The notes beneath the pieces were generated by a model. It ran no database searches. It had not been told where the DNA came from and saw nothing but the letters and a program-made list of their open reading frames with translations. Positions 26,210 to 38,430 of a stretch of 64,000 nt of DNA are shown here, piece by piece. Position 1 is the stretch's first letter; each line of letters starts with the position of its first letter. The position numbers and the translations under genes are program-made. The DNA is from Callorhinchus milii (lineage: Eukaryota): the NCBI RefSeq assembly GCF_018977255.1, contig NW_024704743.1:2046001-2110000 (forward strand), written 5' to 3'.

Positions 26210-26370
26210 ATAATAATAATAATAATAATAATTCTTGCATTTGATACTTTGCCTTCTTCGAGACTTCTCAAAGTGCTTCTCAGAAGACACTGCAAAGTGC
26301 TTTGACTGTATATTTTGTGGGTGAAACGCGGCAACCAATTGCGCCCAGCAGTGTGAGCCCCACGCTGATA
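26210..26370 (-). mobile_element. 5'-truncated SINE
   Basis: (aat)n ttcttgcatttgatac...gtgaaacgcggcaaccaattgcgcccagcag. Confidence 0.82.
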
Positions 26371-26729
26371 ATTTGTGCTCTATAACCATTTGCTTTGGGA
26401 TACGTTTTCGAAAATCAATAGGACCCAGCGCAAATGTAATGGAAATCCACCCAACACTAATTTAGAACACGAACCAACAGTATCTTCCCGAAGCGATAGT
26501 GGTTAGTGGAGGCCTTAAGAGGACCAGGGTTCAGTCCCCGGGCTGGCCCTAAACCTTAGGGAATCAAATGCACGGATTATTATTATTATTTCCCGGTGGT
26601 CGCCTGTTGACACGCCGCTTGATAAACTTGCCTTTTGTTAGGTCACATTCGGTAGCCTTTCAGTGAAGACAACATTGTATATCAGCAATAGGGGAGGGCA
26701 CGGAGATTTTATTGAGATGAGGGCACTTT

Positions 26730-27160
26730 CGAGAGATCGTTGAAACATCTCAAAGAGTTTCACAAGTGATTCTACTGTCAACTGCCAACGAGACACACAG
26801 TTTTCACACAGCACTGTCCCACAGACAGCAATGAAATGAATGATAATAATAATCCTTGCATTTGATATAACACCTTATCACGTCTTCGAGACGTCTCAAA
26901 GCGCTTCGCAGAATAGACTGTAAAGTGAATTGATTGTATATTTTGTGGGCGAAACACAGCAACCAATTGTGCACAGCAACGTCCCCACAAACGGTCGTGG
27001 ATTGAGTGACCAAATTATTATTATTTTTAAGAGATTATTAACCCCGAAAAAGTGATCCGCCAATTGACTAACAACCGTGAGCTCAAAGTCCCGAAGTGAG
27101 GCTTGAACTCACGACCTTCTGACTCGAAGGCGAGAATGCTACCAACTGAGCCAATGATGA
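26730..27160 (-). mobile_element. Nested element: young SINE (~26844-27076) inside an older DeuSINE-like SINE (head ~27077-27160, 3' part ~26730-26843)
   Basis: The minus strand reads a different tRNA head (tggctcagttggtagcattctcgccttcgagtcagaaggtcgtgagttcaagcctcac), then the young-family body and tail, then a diverged second 3' part (tcatttcattgctgtctgtgggacagtgctgtgtgaaaa...tgtgaaactctttgagatg). Confidence 0.7.
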
Positions 27161-27639
27161 CACTATGCCAAATTCCCCCCAGTAAATATTGTAAAATAAA
27201 TCGCGTCAACTTTTAGATCAAAGGGTATTAATACCCTTTTATGAATGCTGCCATGCATCAAAGATCTCGGCACACTGACACCTATGTGTTCAGTGACAGT
27301 TGTGGAATTAACAATGCCGCAAACAAATCGAATAGTTTCTATTATTTATTGTAAAATCAAAGATGAACTTGAAGGCCTTTAATCTCAAGGTTCAGTTTGC
27401 TTTTATAAATCGCTTAAGCCTCACTCCTCTGAATAAGATGATGTTTCATAACATCTTCAATTAGATTGCAGCTTTGTCACTTCGTTTGTTGCATTTCGGG
27501 CAGGAAAGAACATGACAACAGTGAATAATTCTCACTTTCATATGCCTGAAAGAAATGAAATCATGCCATTTAGCTTTTGAAAGAAAACATACTTGCAATA
27601 TCCTGTTCCGAGTGCTGAACATCCAATACATGTCAGCCT

Positions 27640-27917
27640 GGCGAAACACGGAAGCCAATTGCACACAGCAGCGCCCCACAAATAGTCGCGAATTGAGTGA
27701 CCAAAGTATTATTATCTATTTAATTATTTTGATGAAGGGATTATCACCCCCGGAAAAGGGATCCGGCAATCGACTAACAACCAGGTTTCTACTTACTGCT
27801 GGTAAACCGAGGCATGTGGAGTTAGGAAGCGCCTAATGTTTCACCCTGACTGGGAATACATCCCAGGTCTTCTCACTTGCGTAGCGAGTGCGCTAACCAC
27901 TAAATTACAGGACTCCA
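27640..27917 (-). mobile_element. tRNA-derived SINE, head to mid-body, 3' tail missing
   Basis: The reverse complement begins ggagtcctgtaatttagtggttagcgcactcgc and runs into the family body. Confidence 0.85.
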
Positions 27918-27925
27918 CTTTATAT

Positions 27926-28272
27926 TCCCATAATCTAGATGGACATTGCAATGCAGGTGTGCTGTATTATTGGACATACCATCCATTGGATGAGATATTA
28001 AACTGAAGTTGGACATTAAAGATCACATAATACTATTCAAAAAGCTAAGGAAGTTTCTCCCTGTGTCCTGGCTGACAATCTTCCGGACAAAATTGGTCAT
28101 TAGTTTCATGGCTATTTAAAGATTATTATTATTATTGTTGTTGTGTGCAAAATGGCGCTCGCAGTTCCTACAAAGCACAGTCACTACACTTTACAGGATT
28201 CCTGTGAAGCGCTTTGTGACTCCTTCCCAACAAAGATGTGATACTAAATACAAGAATTATTATTATATTATT
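27926..28272 (+). mobile_element. Old DeuSINE-like (SacSINE1/AmnSINE1-type) copy, head missing
   Basis: ggatgagatattaaactga...aaagatcacataatactattcaaaaagctaaggaagtttctccctgtgtcctggc resembles the Deu-domain core as I recall it, followed by tgtgaagcgctttg and an (ATT)n tail. The family name needs a Dfam/Repbase check. Confidence 0.65.
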
Positions 28273-28429
28273 ATCAAACTATCCGTTGCACTTACACTCA
28301 GGACTGAGCATGTAAACAGTTGGAATAGTTGGGGTGAGGAAAATTCCTGGAGAGTCTAACATGTTATAAATGCTAAGTACAACAAATTGGTCCAAAAAAA
28401 GAAAACACAATGGTGATTTAAGGATAGAG

Positions 28430-28799
28430 TGGAGTCCGCAGCTCAGTGGTTAGAACACTCACCTCGCAAGTGAGAGATCTGGGTTTGATTCCTAGTCAGG
28501 GCAAAACATTGAGCATGTTTCCTCTCCACACGCCTCTGGTTACCTAACAGTTAGTAGGAACCTGGTTGTTAGTCGTTTGGTGGATCGAGGGCACAATAAT
28601 TCTTTCTAAAAAAGATACCAAATTGGTCACTCAATCCACAACTGTTTGTGGGGACGCTGCTGTGCGCAATTGGCCTCCACGTTTCACCCACAAAATACGC
28701 AATCAATTCACTTTACAGAATATTCTGCGAAGCGTTTTGAGACGTCTCAACGACATGATAAGGCGCTGTATCAAATGCAAGGATTATTATTATTATTAT
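28430..28799 (+). mobile_element. tRNA-derived SINE, full length
   Basis: ggagtccgcagctcagtggttagaac head through to gataaggcgctgtatcaaatgcaaggatt(ATT)n. Confidence 0.9.
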
Positions 28800-29769
28800 A
28801 AATAAATAACCACTGTTGTTATCCGACGACCAGCCTGTTATACCAATTGCAAGGAAACTGCAGGTGACATTTTTATTACGGTAGCTGTGGCAATTGTCAT
28901 TCACCTGCCCATTAAAGGTATTACTGTCATACCCAGTGGATGCCCAGATAATAATTAAAAAGAATCGCTGTCGTGCTCTGTCATTGCTCCCTGAATACTT
29001 ATCCTCACGGAGTACATTTTAAATGAGGGCAGAATGATTAGCCAACTGAGGGAATCACTGTAATGAATGACACTGCCAAAAGATTGATTACTATAATAGA
29101 CAGTCTGTGAGGTCCTATTCTGACCAGCAAGCCCGTAATACATTTGATTACATAAATCTTCAGCAGAAGTTAAGCAATATTGAACTGCTTCCCGTATTAT
29201 ACTGAGGAATTGCCACTCGGGAGCTTGAATAAAGGATAAAACTGGATGTTGAGTCTTTCCAGTAAGCTGCCTATTCTTAGCTTCCATCTGAGGACAGGCA
29301 GCGTCTGTTATTCGTCCCATCACAGCACAAAATGTGCTTCGTCTATTTTTTGGGGATTTGCTTTTCCATTGGCTTCTTTTTCAGTGCATCCTTCTGTCAT
29401 CTGCCCCGACTGCGGGTGTGCAGTTCCGCTGTTGGTGTTAGGGATAACGGTCAATGTTGCCAAAGAGAGCCCCAGGCTAATAACAATCATAATAATAATA
29501 ATATTATTATTAACCCTTCATTTGGTATAGCGCCTGTTCACACCAGAACGTCTCAGAGCGCTTGCTACTTGGCTCCTGCTGTCCCTTCAAACCAGAGCCC
29601 TGTGGGAAGGGTGAAAGATGAAAAAGTGCCCTGTGAATCATTTGGGAGGGCCATTGAAGTACAATCAGTCACAGAGGCAACTAGATACCATTTCTGTGGA
29701 AAGAATTCAAGGTATGAAAGCAGATTAATGGGAGTTAAGAACTATCAAAAAGGATAAGCTATATTTACA

Positions 29770-30140
29770 CACTTCATTTCTATTTTTATAGCGCCTCGTC
29801 ACACTGAAAAGTCTCAGAGTAATTACTCTCAAGGGCAGTCAGTGATGCCTTCTGTAAACTCATGTGGTGGGTAGCCAAAATCCAATGAACAGTCGGTTAA
29901 TCTGGCTTTGCTGGTTAGGGCACCAGGAGAAACTCTTTTCAAATAGTACCATGGTATCTTTATTAGACTTATGGACCTATAGCCTTTCTCTTGTCTTAAA
30001 CAAGCCCAGGTTCATATGTTCATACACTGATGACTCTCAAAGGACAGTTGTCAACACGACAAAATGTAAATCAAAATCTGTCCGTCTGTCTCCCATTGGG
30101 ACCTGACCTGACAATCTTCTCAAGCTCCTGACACACTTGG
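29770..30140 (-). mobile_element. Old DeuSINE-like copy
   Basis: gggcaccaggagaaactcttttcaaatagtaccatggtatcttt (~29917-29961) is the reverse complement of the same core as the 27926 copy. Tail remnant tatagcgcc near 29790; head remnant gggacctgacctgacaatcttct near 30100. Confidence 0.6.
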
Positions 30141-30219
30141 GCAAACTCTATGTGCTCACGGTTTATAGTGCAACTGTAAGTGTGCCGTACTTTCCTCAGT
30201 CGATTCAAGAGTTGAGCCT

Positions 30220-31203
30220 TGCAATTGATTCACTTTAAGGTATATCCTGTGAAGCACTTTGAGATGTCTCGAAGATGTGAGTAAGGTACTATATCGAATG
30301 CAGGTATTATTATTTAATTAATTAATTAATTAATATTATTCAGAACACTGACCCTTCTACAAGTGTGATCAAGTGGGGCACCGCTGTGCGCAATTGGCTG
30401 CCGCGTTTTACCCACAAAATACACAATCAATTCACTTTGCAGTATATTCTGTGCAGCGCTTTGAGACGTCTCAATGATATGATAAGGCGCAAAATTAAAT
30501 GAAAGGATCATCATCATTATTATTATTCCTCCTTCCATTTCTATTCCTGTTTTGGTTACTTTTTTTACTGTTTACTTTTTTTTACTGTGCGGTTCAGGGT
30601 TTCATTGCCACGAGAGCAAACTTAGCAGATGTCGGATGTGCCTGTAGCAGAGGTGCTACAGGCACATCCGACCTCTAGTATTAATAACAATAATTGGACG
30701 TAGAATTGGTGTTACTTCGTGTAATTTAATCACATTTAAAATTGAATGTTGCTAACACTGTAAAGGTTTGAAACATTATTACCTATAGGCATCAGACCAG
30801 CTAATTGGTATGGAGAATGACAAGAACAACAACTTGCATTTATATACCACCCTTCATGTCGGAAAACATCTTGGAGCGCTTAACATGACTCTTAAACATA
30901 AGCTGCAATTCAGCTCATGAAACCCCAGTCAGGTATCAACAAGACTTAATGGATTTTAAGACCTTAAGGTCTACAGTGATACAAACTCCTCAGAATTTAA
31001 ATAACCCTCTAAACCAGACCAGTCCTTCAAAAATAAAACAATTTGGTCACTGTTTATGGGACACTGCTGTGCGCAATTGGCTGCCGCGTTTCACCCACAA
31101 AATATAAAGTCAATTCACTTTACAGAATATTCTGTGAAGCGCTTTGAGACGTCTCAAAGCCGTGATAAGGTGCTGTATCGAATGCAAGGATTATTATTAT
31201 TAT
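30220..31203 (+). mobile_element. Three 5'-truncated SINE copies: ~30220-30315, ~30372-30525, ~31020-31203
   Basis: Family 3' body and tail ending in (ATT)n, separated by other sequence. Confidence 0.85.
30631..30672. repeat. Perfect 19-bp inverted repeat with a 4-nt loop
   Basis: GTCGGATGTGCCTGTAGCA-GAGG-TGCTACAGGCACATCCGAC. Confidence 0.97.
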
Positions 31204-31259
31204 TTTTCCAAAACCCTGTCTCTATCTGCTAGGAAGCGTACAAAGATGGCTCAGTGATC

Positions 31260-32060
31260 ATTTCCCCCTTCAGTCTGCCTTCTGTGTGGGGAAATGTCTG
31301 GTTCTCCAGCCGGTCCCTTAACAAGATAGTATGCGTGACACTGGGAACCCAGTGTGTGGGGATTGTGTGCACAAACCCACATCCTGTTACTTTATCCCGC
31401 AGCAATATTGAGACCAGCATGGAGCACCATACTGCACCATTCGCATTGGCTTCAAATACCTTAACGATATATGGAACTATTTAGACTTCAGAGGAGTAAT
31501 AGAGCTGTATGAGAAGCGCAATGTAAGGCTATCAATGAAAAGGATGTTAGAACAAAATATCAGCTGGGTGTCTGACACATGCGAAAACCCATCACCGTGC
31601 TTAAGAGTATCGGAACCAAACTGGATCCCACCTCCTCGTGGAAATTCCAGAGATAGATTGTTGGAATGGAATGCGCTCCCTCTCTCTCTCTCCCTGGATG
31701 GACGCACGTTGCTTACCTAGTTCTGGAAAATACGAGGTGCAGGATGGCAAGAGCCAAGGCTTGGGGGAACCCCAGAATGTTTGTTGGGGGAGTAACTGCT
31801 GCAGTCTAACCAGCTAAACCCACACAGCTTGCCATCGATAGCGCAGTCTGGCAAACTTTCCCACCCTAGCCGTTCGGGCTTTGGCTGGTGGTGCTGTCAT
31901 CAGCAGTACCCTGGAATACTGCGGACCTGTCTGGCTCAGGAACTGGACTACCTTGACCGCCGCAGAGGGCTGGCTCCATTCCGACATTCTGTTGCCAAGC
32001 ATGTCACATTGGAGCCAGTTCAGCTCCAAGGAGGCCCCCGCTTACTTCCTCCCCAAGGAG
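31260..32060 (+). mobile_element. Highly decayed non-LTR retrotransposon (LINE) reverse-transcriptase remnant
   Basis: Colinear RT/ORF2-like peptides across frames: GNVWFSSRSLNKIVCVTLG, KYLNDIWNYLDFRGVIELY, ITVLKSIGTKLDPTSSWKFQ, AVISSTLEYCGPVW, QELDYLDRRRGL. Confidence 0.55.
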
Positions 32061-32404
32061 AATCGGCACTAATTGTTTATTTGACATCCGACAAGTCCGG
32101 GTTTGAGCCCTCAATAGGTGGATGGTAGGTACCAGGAGCTCCCTGTGAGCTTCCCAGTGGGTAATGCAGCTCAATATGAAAGGCGTGAGAGCATTGCCAC
32201 CATCTATCTTCCTGTCTGCAGCTCGGACACACATCCCTTCCCATTGAACAATGGTTCCACCAGCTGGAGGTATGGAGTTTCGTTCTCTTATTTGTTCATT
32301 GGAAATCTGACAAATGTGGTTGGGGGGGGAGTGTCACTTGTGAGGTGAGTGCACGAACCAATACACTACAGGACTCCATGCTCAATCTGACTATTACTGG
32401 AGCT

Positions 32405-32562
32405 ATCATAAAGGATGGATTACATAGCACATTAGGTCATGGAAATAGACCACTTGCCCTCAACAAGTCCATGCCAGTATATATATATATAATCCACATG
32501 AGCCTCCACCTCTCCTGATCTCCTCTTCTATACCCCTTTATACCCTTCTCCGTCATGTCTGC
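32405..32562 (-). mobile_element. Degenerate CR1-like 3' UTR fragment
   Basis: atagcacatt...aaatagaccacttgccctcaacaagtccatgccag...ccacatgagcctcc resembles the reverse complement of the CR1 terminus seen at 3870-3940. Confidence 0.5.
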
Positions 32563-32575
32563 ATGAAGTTAATAA

Positions 32576-32845
32576 TTACTCCACATGCCTCCGTTTACCT
32601 AGCAGTAAGTAGGAACCCGGTTGTTTGTCAATTGGGGATTGCTTTTCTGGGGGTAACAATTCCTTCAAGAAAATAATAAATTGGTCACTCAATCCACGAC
32701 TGCTTGTGGGGACACTGCTGTGCACAATTGGCTGCCGCGTTTCGCCCACAAAATACAATCAATTCACTTTAACCTGTGAAGCGCTTTGAGGCGTCTTGAA
32801 GATGTGATAAGGCGCTGTATCTTGTGTATGCAACAATTATTATTA
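32576..32845 (+). mobile_element. SINE lacking tRNA head
   Basis: ttactccacatgcctccgtttacctagcagtaagtaggaacccgg through to gataaggcgctgtatc. Confidence 0.87.
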
Positions 32846-33964
32846 CTGAACATCATGATCACAATCTTCCTATTGTGACCATGTCATGCATTGCCTTTGT
32901 GATTTGCTTTCCCCTGTTTATACCCACTTTCCTTGGTGTCATTCACTTTTGCGCATCCTGAATGGATTGGAAAATATCGCTGTTTCATTGCACGGGTTGA
33001 CCTCCACTCGAAGAACAGTAACATTAACAAATAATGTCTGTTTCAAAGCTGGTTCGGGCATAGAAAAGCTTCAAACCTCATTCAAACACAAGTCAGAATG
33101 TACGTAATGTCGACAGCTCAGCAATTGCACCTCCAATCTTTACAGCAGTATGACATTGTGGGAATATGAAGTGATCTTTAAGGCGGGCTGTTGCACCTCA
33201 GCAGGTGTAGCAAGTGCGAAGACGCAGTTTTGTGCCACAGTTCCCTGCACTTTGAGCTCCTCATCTCAGCTGTGTCACTGGGGAGATTCAGAGAGGAAGG
33301 TAGGTGTTGCTCACAGGAAGGGAGGCAATTACCTTAGGTCACACTCCTGCCCTGCTAGTGCTTGGTAGTGGAGGCATTGGCAGAGGTCTAGATTGTAGGT
33401 CAGGTGCTTGCTCCCTCCATAGAGGGAAATGGGTACAAAAGCATAAGAGGCCCTGAAGGTGGAAAGGAGAGAAAATGAATAGAACACCTTGTAATAATTT
33501 TAAAAGGTTGATACGTCCATTGCTATTATTTCTATCGATCGCATCCAATCCTTGTAATAGTACAGCTCCATCATTCTGTGGGTACAGCAAGCTGCTATCT
33601 TACATTTAGCTCATTGTTTTTTTTATTCCACTTGTATGTCAACTTATTAATAATAAAATTTGGAAGCCAGAACAACACTTAATATGATGTCCATTCTCTC
33701 CTTTACCTCTCTGGCTGTTCTCAGCGACGAAATGCTACAGAACAGCTATATAACAGAGGCACAGCGTAAGCTTCAGCAAACCACAGCCAATATATTGCAA
33801 CCTGCAAACAGATTAAGCATCATGTCTCTTAATAATAATCCTCAATAATCCTTGCACTTGATGTAGCGCTTTATCACATGATAGAGGCTTCACAGAATAT
33901 TCTGTAAAAATACAAAACACAAAAATTCCCAAATTACATTTGTATAGCGCCTTTCACGTGAAGT

Positions 33965-34243
33965 GGTTTGGCTGTGCATTTTGTAGGTGAAACACGGCAG
34001 CCAATTGCACAAAGCAGTGTCCCCACAAACAGTCAAGGATTGAGTGACCGCATTTTTGGGAGTGAAGGATTATTACCCTCGGAAAGCGATCCGCCAAGCG
34101 ACTAACAACCGGGTTCCTACTTGCTGCGAAGGAAACAGAGGTGTGTGTGCAGAGTAAGGAAACGTGCCAAAGGATTCGCCCCCAGCTGGGAATCAAAGCT
34201 GGGTCCTCTCGCTTGAAAGGTGAGCATGCTAACCACTACGCTA
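33965..34243 (-). mobile_element. tRNA-derived SINE, head to body; adjacent tail fragments at ~33830-33905 (-) and ~34248-34330 (+)
   Basis: Reverse-complement match to the head (tagcgtagtggttagcatgctcacc...) and body (gtaggaacccggttgttagtcgcttggcggatcgc). Confidence 0.82.
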
Positions 34244-37200
34244 TACTGTGTGAAGCCCTTTAACGCATCTCAAAGACGCGATGAGGCATGGTATCAGATG
34301 CAAGGATGATCATCACGGTTATATTATTATTGTAACGACATGGATTTTCTTCCCTCTTAACAGCGACAGCTCGCGGGGAAACTTCCCACAGCCTGCGCTC
34401 CCGTACTGAGGTCAGGTGTGGTCTGAATGCAAGTGTCTCCATCGCCGTGCAAGAGCACAGGAGCTATGGTTGAGACCGACTCAAGACTCACTCACACGGT
34501 TGAGCGGGAACACACATTATCGCGTGCTCTGGCTGTCACTACTCTTGTATTATCCATATCCCATGATATCACAGTCAGACCTGCAGCCCCTAACAATGTG
34601 GATGAAGTAATGGCATTGTAATGGCAAACCTTGACAAACAAATACTGAATGCACTTTTACAGGAGTGACCTCAGTACTCAAGCAATGTCCCATATGCATA
34701 TATAAATATATGTGTATATATAGACATATATAAAAAGTTTCGCCCGTTGAATTCACTTCTAGTCAATGTGTAGCAGTTAATATGAATATAAATAACGCGA
34801 AGAAAAAAAAATCCTAACAAGTAGCTCGTGGACATTGCATCGTGGCTGGAGTTATAAATGAACAGTCAGTATACTTCAAGTTTTTTTTTCAATAAAACGA
34901 ACGTTACTTTTATGCTTTTAGCAAAATAAACAAATAGCAATTTGTTCCCTCAAAATGACCAGGTTGACCCCGAGGGGGTCACAGGAGCCATTGCACCCAC
35001 ATTCCATGACTTTGACAAACTATCATCAGCACTGGAGAAAAGAGGGGACGGAAACTGAAATGAACACTCACTCACTCTCAATCACTCTCTCTCTCTCTCC
35101 CTCTCACTCACTCACTCATTCACTCCCTCCCTCTCTCTCTCATCTCTCCCTCCCACCCACTCCCTCCCTCCCTCTCTCATCTCTCCCTCCCACTCCCTCT
35201 CACTCCCTCCCTCCCTCCCTCTCTCATCTCTCCCTCTCACTCACTCACTCTCACTCACTCACTCACTTGGGCCCAATCGCATGTTTTGTTCGAAAAGGGG
35301 TTTAAATAAAGCATAAAACATACCGTTTGTGAAAAACGGTGGATAAGTTGTGCCTCGGTATCTTACCGTTTAACCGGTCTCTTTCGCCCTCCCTCTCTCC
35401 CCCCCAAAAAAAAATGTTTGTAAAACTGGCGCCTATGGTAATTAGCCTTATTGTAGCCCAGAGCCCCATCCGTATCAACTGTCAGTGTATTCTCTACACC
35501 CCCTCCCCAACCCCCAACCCAACCCCCGCCCCAAATTATAACGAGTTTCTGTGAATTCATAATTAAAAACAAAATACAGGATTAAACCCAAAAAAATCTT
35601 AATTTGTGGTGAGCAACCCCCCCTCTCTCTTTTTCTCTCTCTTGGTATTAAATCTGATTTCAGACCTCTATTGGAACCGTTTCCGTCAATAATAACTTAC
35701 ATTTCGAGTTGTCGCAAAGGCTTTTCATTTAGTTTATTTATTTTTTTTGCGTTTTGTTTCATCGAAGAAGAAAAAAAAAACGCCAAAGGGAACGAACGAG
35801 AAAGGAGAGGTGTGTGTGGCCCCCAACAGTCGAATTAAAAAAAAAAGTAGCATTGGGGTAGAGAATATACCAAGAAAAAGCGTCGAACGCTTAATAGAAA
35901 CTGCATAGCTCTTGTTAATTCAATTCTTTTTTTTTGCATTTCCACCTGTTAATTAAAGGGCAGATCAATGAGAGAGAAAGAGAGAGAGAGGTGGAGGGGA
36001 TGGGGGGGTAGTAAAGGCGAGTGGAGAATAAAGTAGATTTCTTTAAAGCCAACTTGCAAAATGATATCAATAACACATTAGATTTTTTTTTAACGAGTAA
36101 TCCTGGATGATTTGCCCCAGAACGGGAAACTCTCTGTAAACTGGATGCACATAACGGAGTCCAGGGTTTAGGGCAACTTAAATTAAAGAGGGAGGTGGTG
36201 TGGGGTGGGGTGAGGGGTGGTGTGTGTCTGTGTGGGGAAGGGGGGGATTCAACAGGAAGAGAGAGCCAACACTCTCTTGTCTTGTGTGATCACCAGTCCA
36301 GTGGTGTGGTGTGTGTTTTTTTTTTGTGTGTGTGGTGATATCTTCTGTCCGGCCCCGAGTGGACAAGTGGCAAAAGTCTCCCCCTTTCAGCTCTTATTAT
36401 TAATGCTTCCGGTGTGAATATAGTTAAGTCAAGTTTATTAACAGAGGGCACTGGCTTTGAAAAACATTTTTTGTTCAGCACTCAAATTCCGGGTGATTGT
36501 TGTCGGTGAATCGATTGGTCATGGCATTGCTCGACCCAAAGCCTCGGAGCTCAACACTGTCAGGGGTTTGATGGCCAAGGCACTGGCCAGACCCAGAGAG
36601 CCACTGAGTGTTTGTGTCAGCACACATTTTATACCCCCCCCCCCCCCCCACACACACACACTCACACACACACATACCCCCACCCACCCCACCCATACAC
36701 ACATACCCCACACGCAGACACACACCCTCACACACACACCCTACACATACACAGACACACACACACATACCCCACATACAGACACTCCCCCCCCACACAC
36801 ACACCCTACACATACACACACACACCCACCATACCCCCCCCCCCCCCCCCCCCCCCCCCCCACACACGCACACACACGGGGAAGAGAACTCAAAGTGCAT
36901 CCCTAAGATATAAGAGATAAATAAATATTCGCCTCTCTATGAATGTAACTTTCATTCCCTGCTGACCGGCCTTTTGTAGTCTGAAGCCCAAATATTTTTG
37001 TTCTGTAAATGAAACAGTGCTTTACCCCCCCAACCCCCCACCCCCCACCCCCCCCCCACCCCCCCCACCATCCACAGCTGATAGCAAAAGGTTGCTTTAT
37101 TTAATCGAAGCGGTGACTGACTTTCTTATTCACTCGGGCATTTCGGTGTGGATTTTGGAACCTCTCTGTCCACTGCCCTCGCAACTCAAAGGGAAATATT

Positions 37201-38339
37201 CTCAGAATATAGTGTCAAGATATTCCGGACTGCCCTTGAATCGAGGCTTGTGTTCGTGGTCAATAAGTTCTGTAGAAATGCTAACTCCATGGGGTTTCTT
37301 GAACTGGAGAAAGGGACAACCTTTTAGGTTAGGAAATGATTCTTAATAATAATAATAATCATAATAATAATAATAAAAATGATCTTAAACAATCTGCCCT
37401 CTTACGATTTGAACGCAGGAAACAAAACAAAAATAATAAAATAAAAAATGGGCACTGTTTCTGAGTTGGGATTCGCCATCAACGAAACTGTGTTATTTGG
37501 AGAACAATTCACAACAATTTACAATTCACAACGACTGGAGCCCACATACAGGTACAACTGGACCCGTCCGTGGCGTCGTCTCCATGATCTCAAACGGTAA
37601 ATAAGGCGCTTTGGAAGAGAAGTAAAATGTCACTGGTTTTATTGAAATCAAAACGACATCTTTCGAACAACTTGCAACAGAATAAACATGAATGAAAAGC
37701 ACGTTATATATATAAAACATATATATGTGTGTGTATTATATATATATAATATATGTATATATAAACTCGTTTAAATGTATAGAACCCACTTGGGGGAATA
37801 GACAAGACTGGGGTTGTGCAAATCGTATGATTGACTGCATGGGATTAATAATCAGGTCATTGCTGGTGGAAATTAATTTCTATTATTAGCAATGGGCTGT
37901 AAAATCAGATTGGCCGTTTGTGTTTACCTGTGTGCTTGAATCCACCAGGCCCTGTCCATTTGCTTTGCAATCCCACTGAAACTCGTACAAAACAATTCTC
38001 TGAGCATTGCTTGGTTTCTGCTTCCCCACACACCAGTGGAACTCAACTATCGAACCCATTGCTGAGCAAATAGCCAGAAAACCAGCCGCCAGATCCCTGT
38101 TATTCCACAGAGCAAGGTGGATTGAAGTTATACACACACACACACACACATATATATACATATATAAAACATTTTACTCCAGATAAAAGGAAAACACTGA
38201 CAAAAGGAGTTACCACATACCGTGAGGATTTTTTTGTTTTGCGTGCATCGATCAAAACGATCCCTCTGACATAAAACAACATAAATGATTCAAAACACAC
38301 AAATACAATTCCGTCCGCCATTCACTTGACAGTATTGGG

Positions 38340-38430
38340 GGCCGTGAAGCGCTTGGAGACGTCTCGGGAGACGTGATCGGGCGCTGCTCCAAACGCGAGG
38401 ACTATTATTAATCATTATTAATTATTATTG
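38340..38430 (+). mobile_element. SINE 3' tail fragment
   Basis: gtgaagcgcttggagacgtctcgggagacgtgatcgggcgctgctccaaacgcgaggactattatt. Confidence 0.8.
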
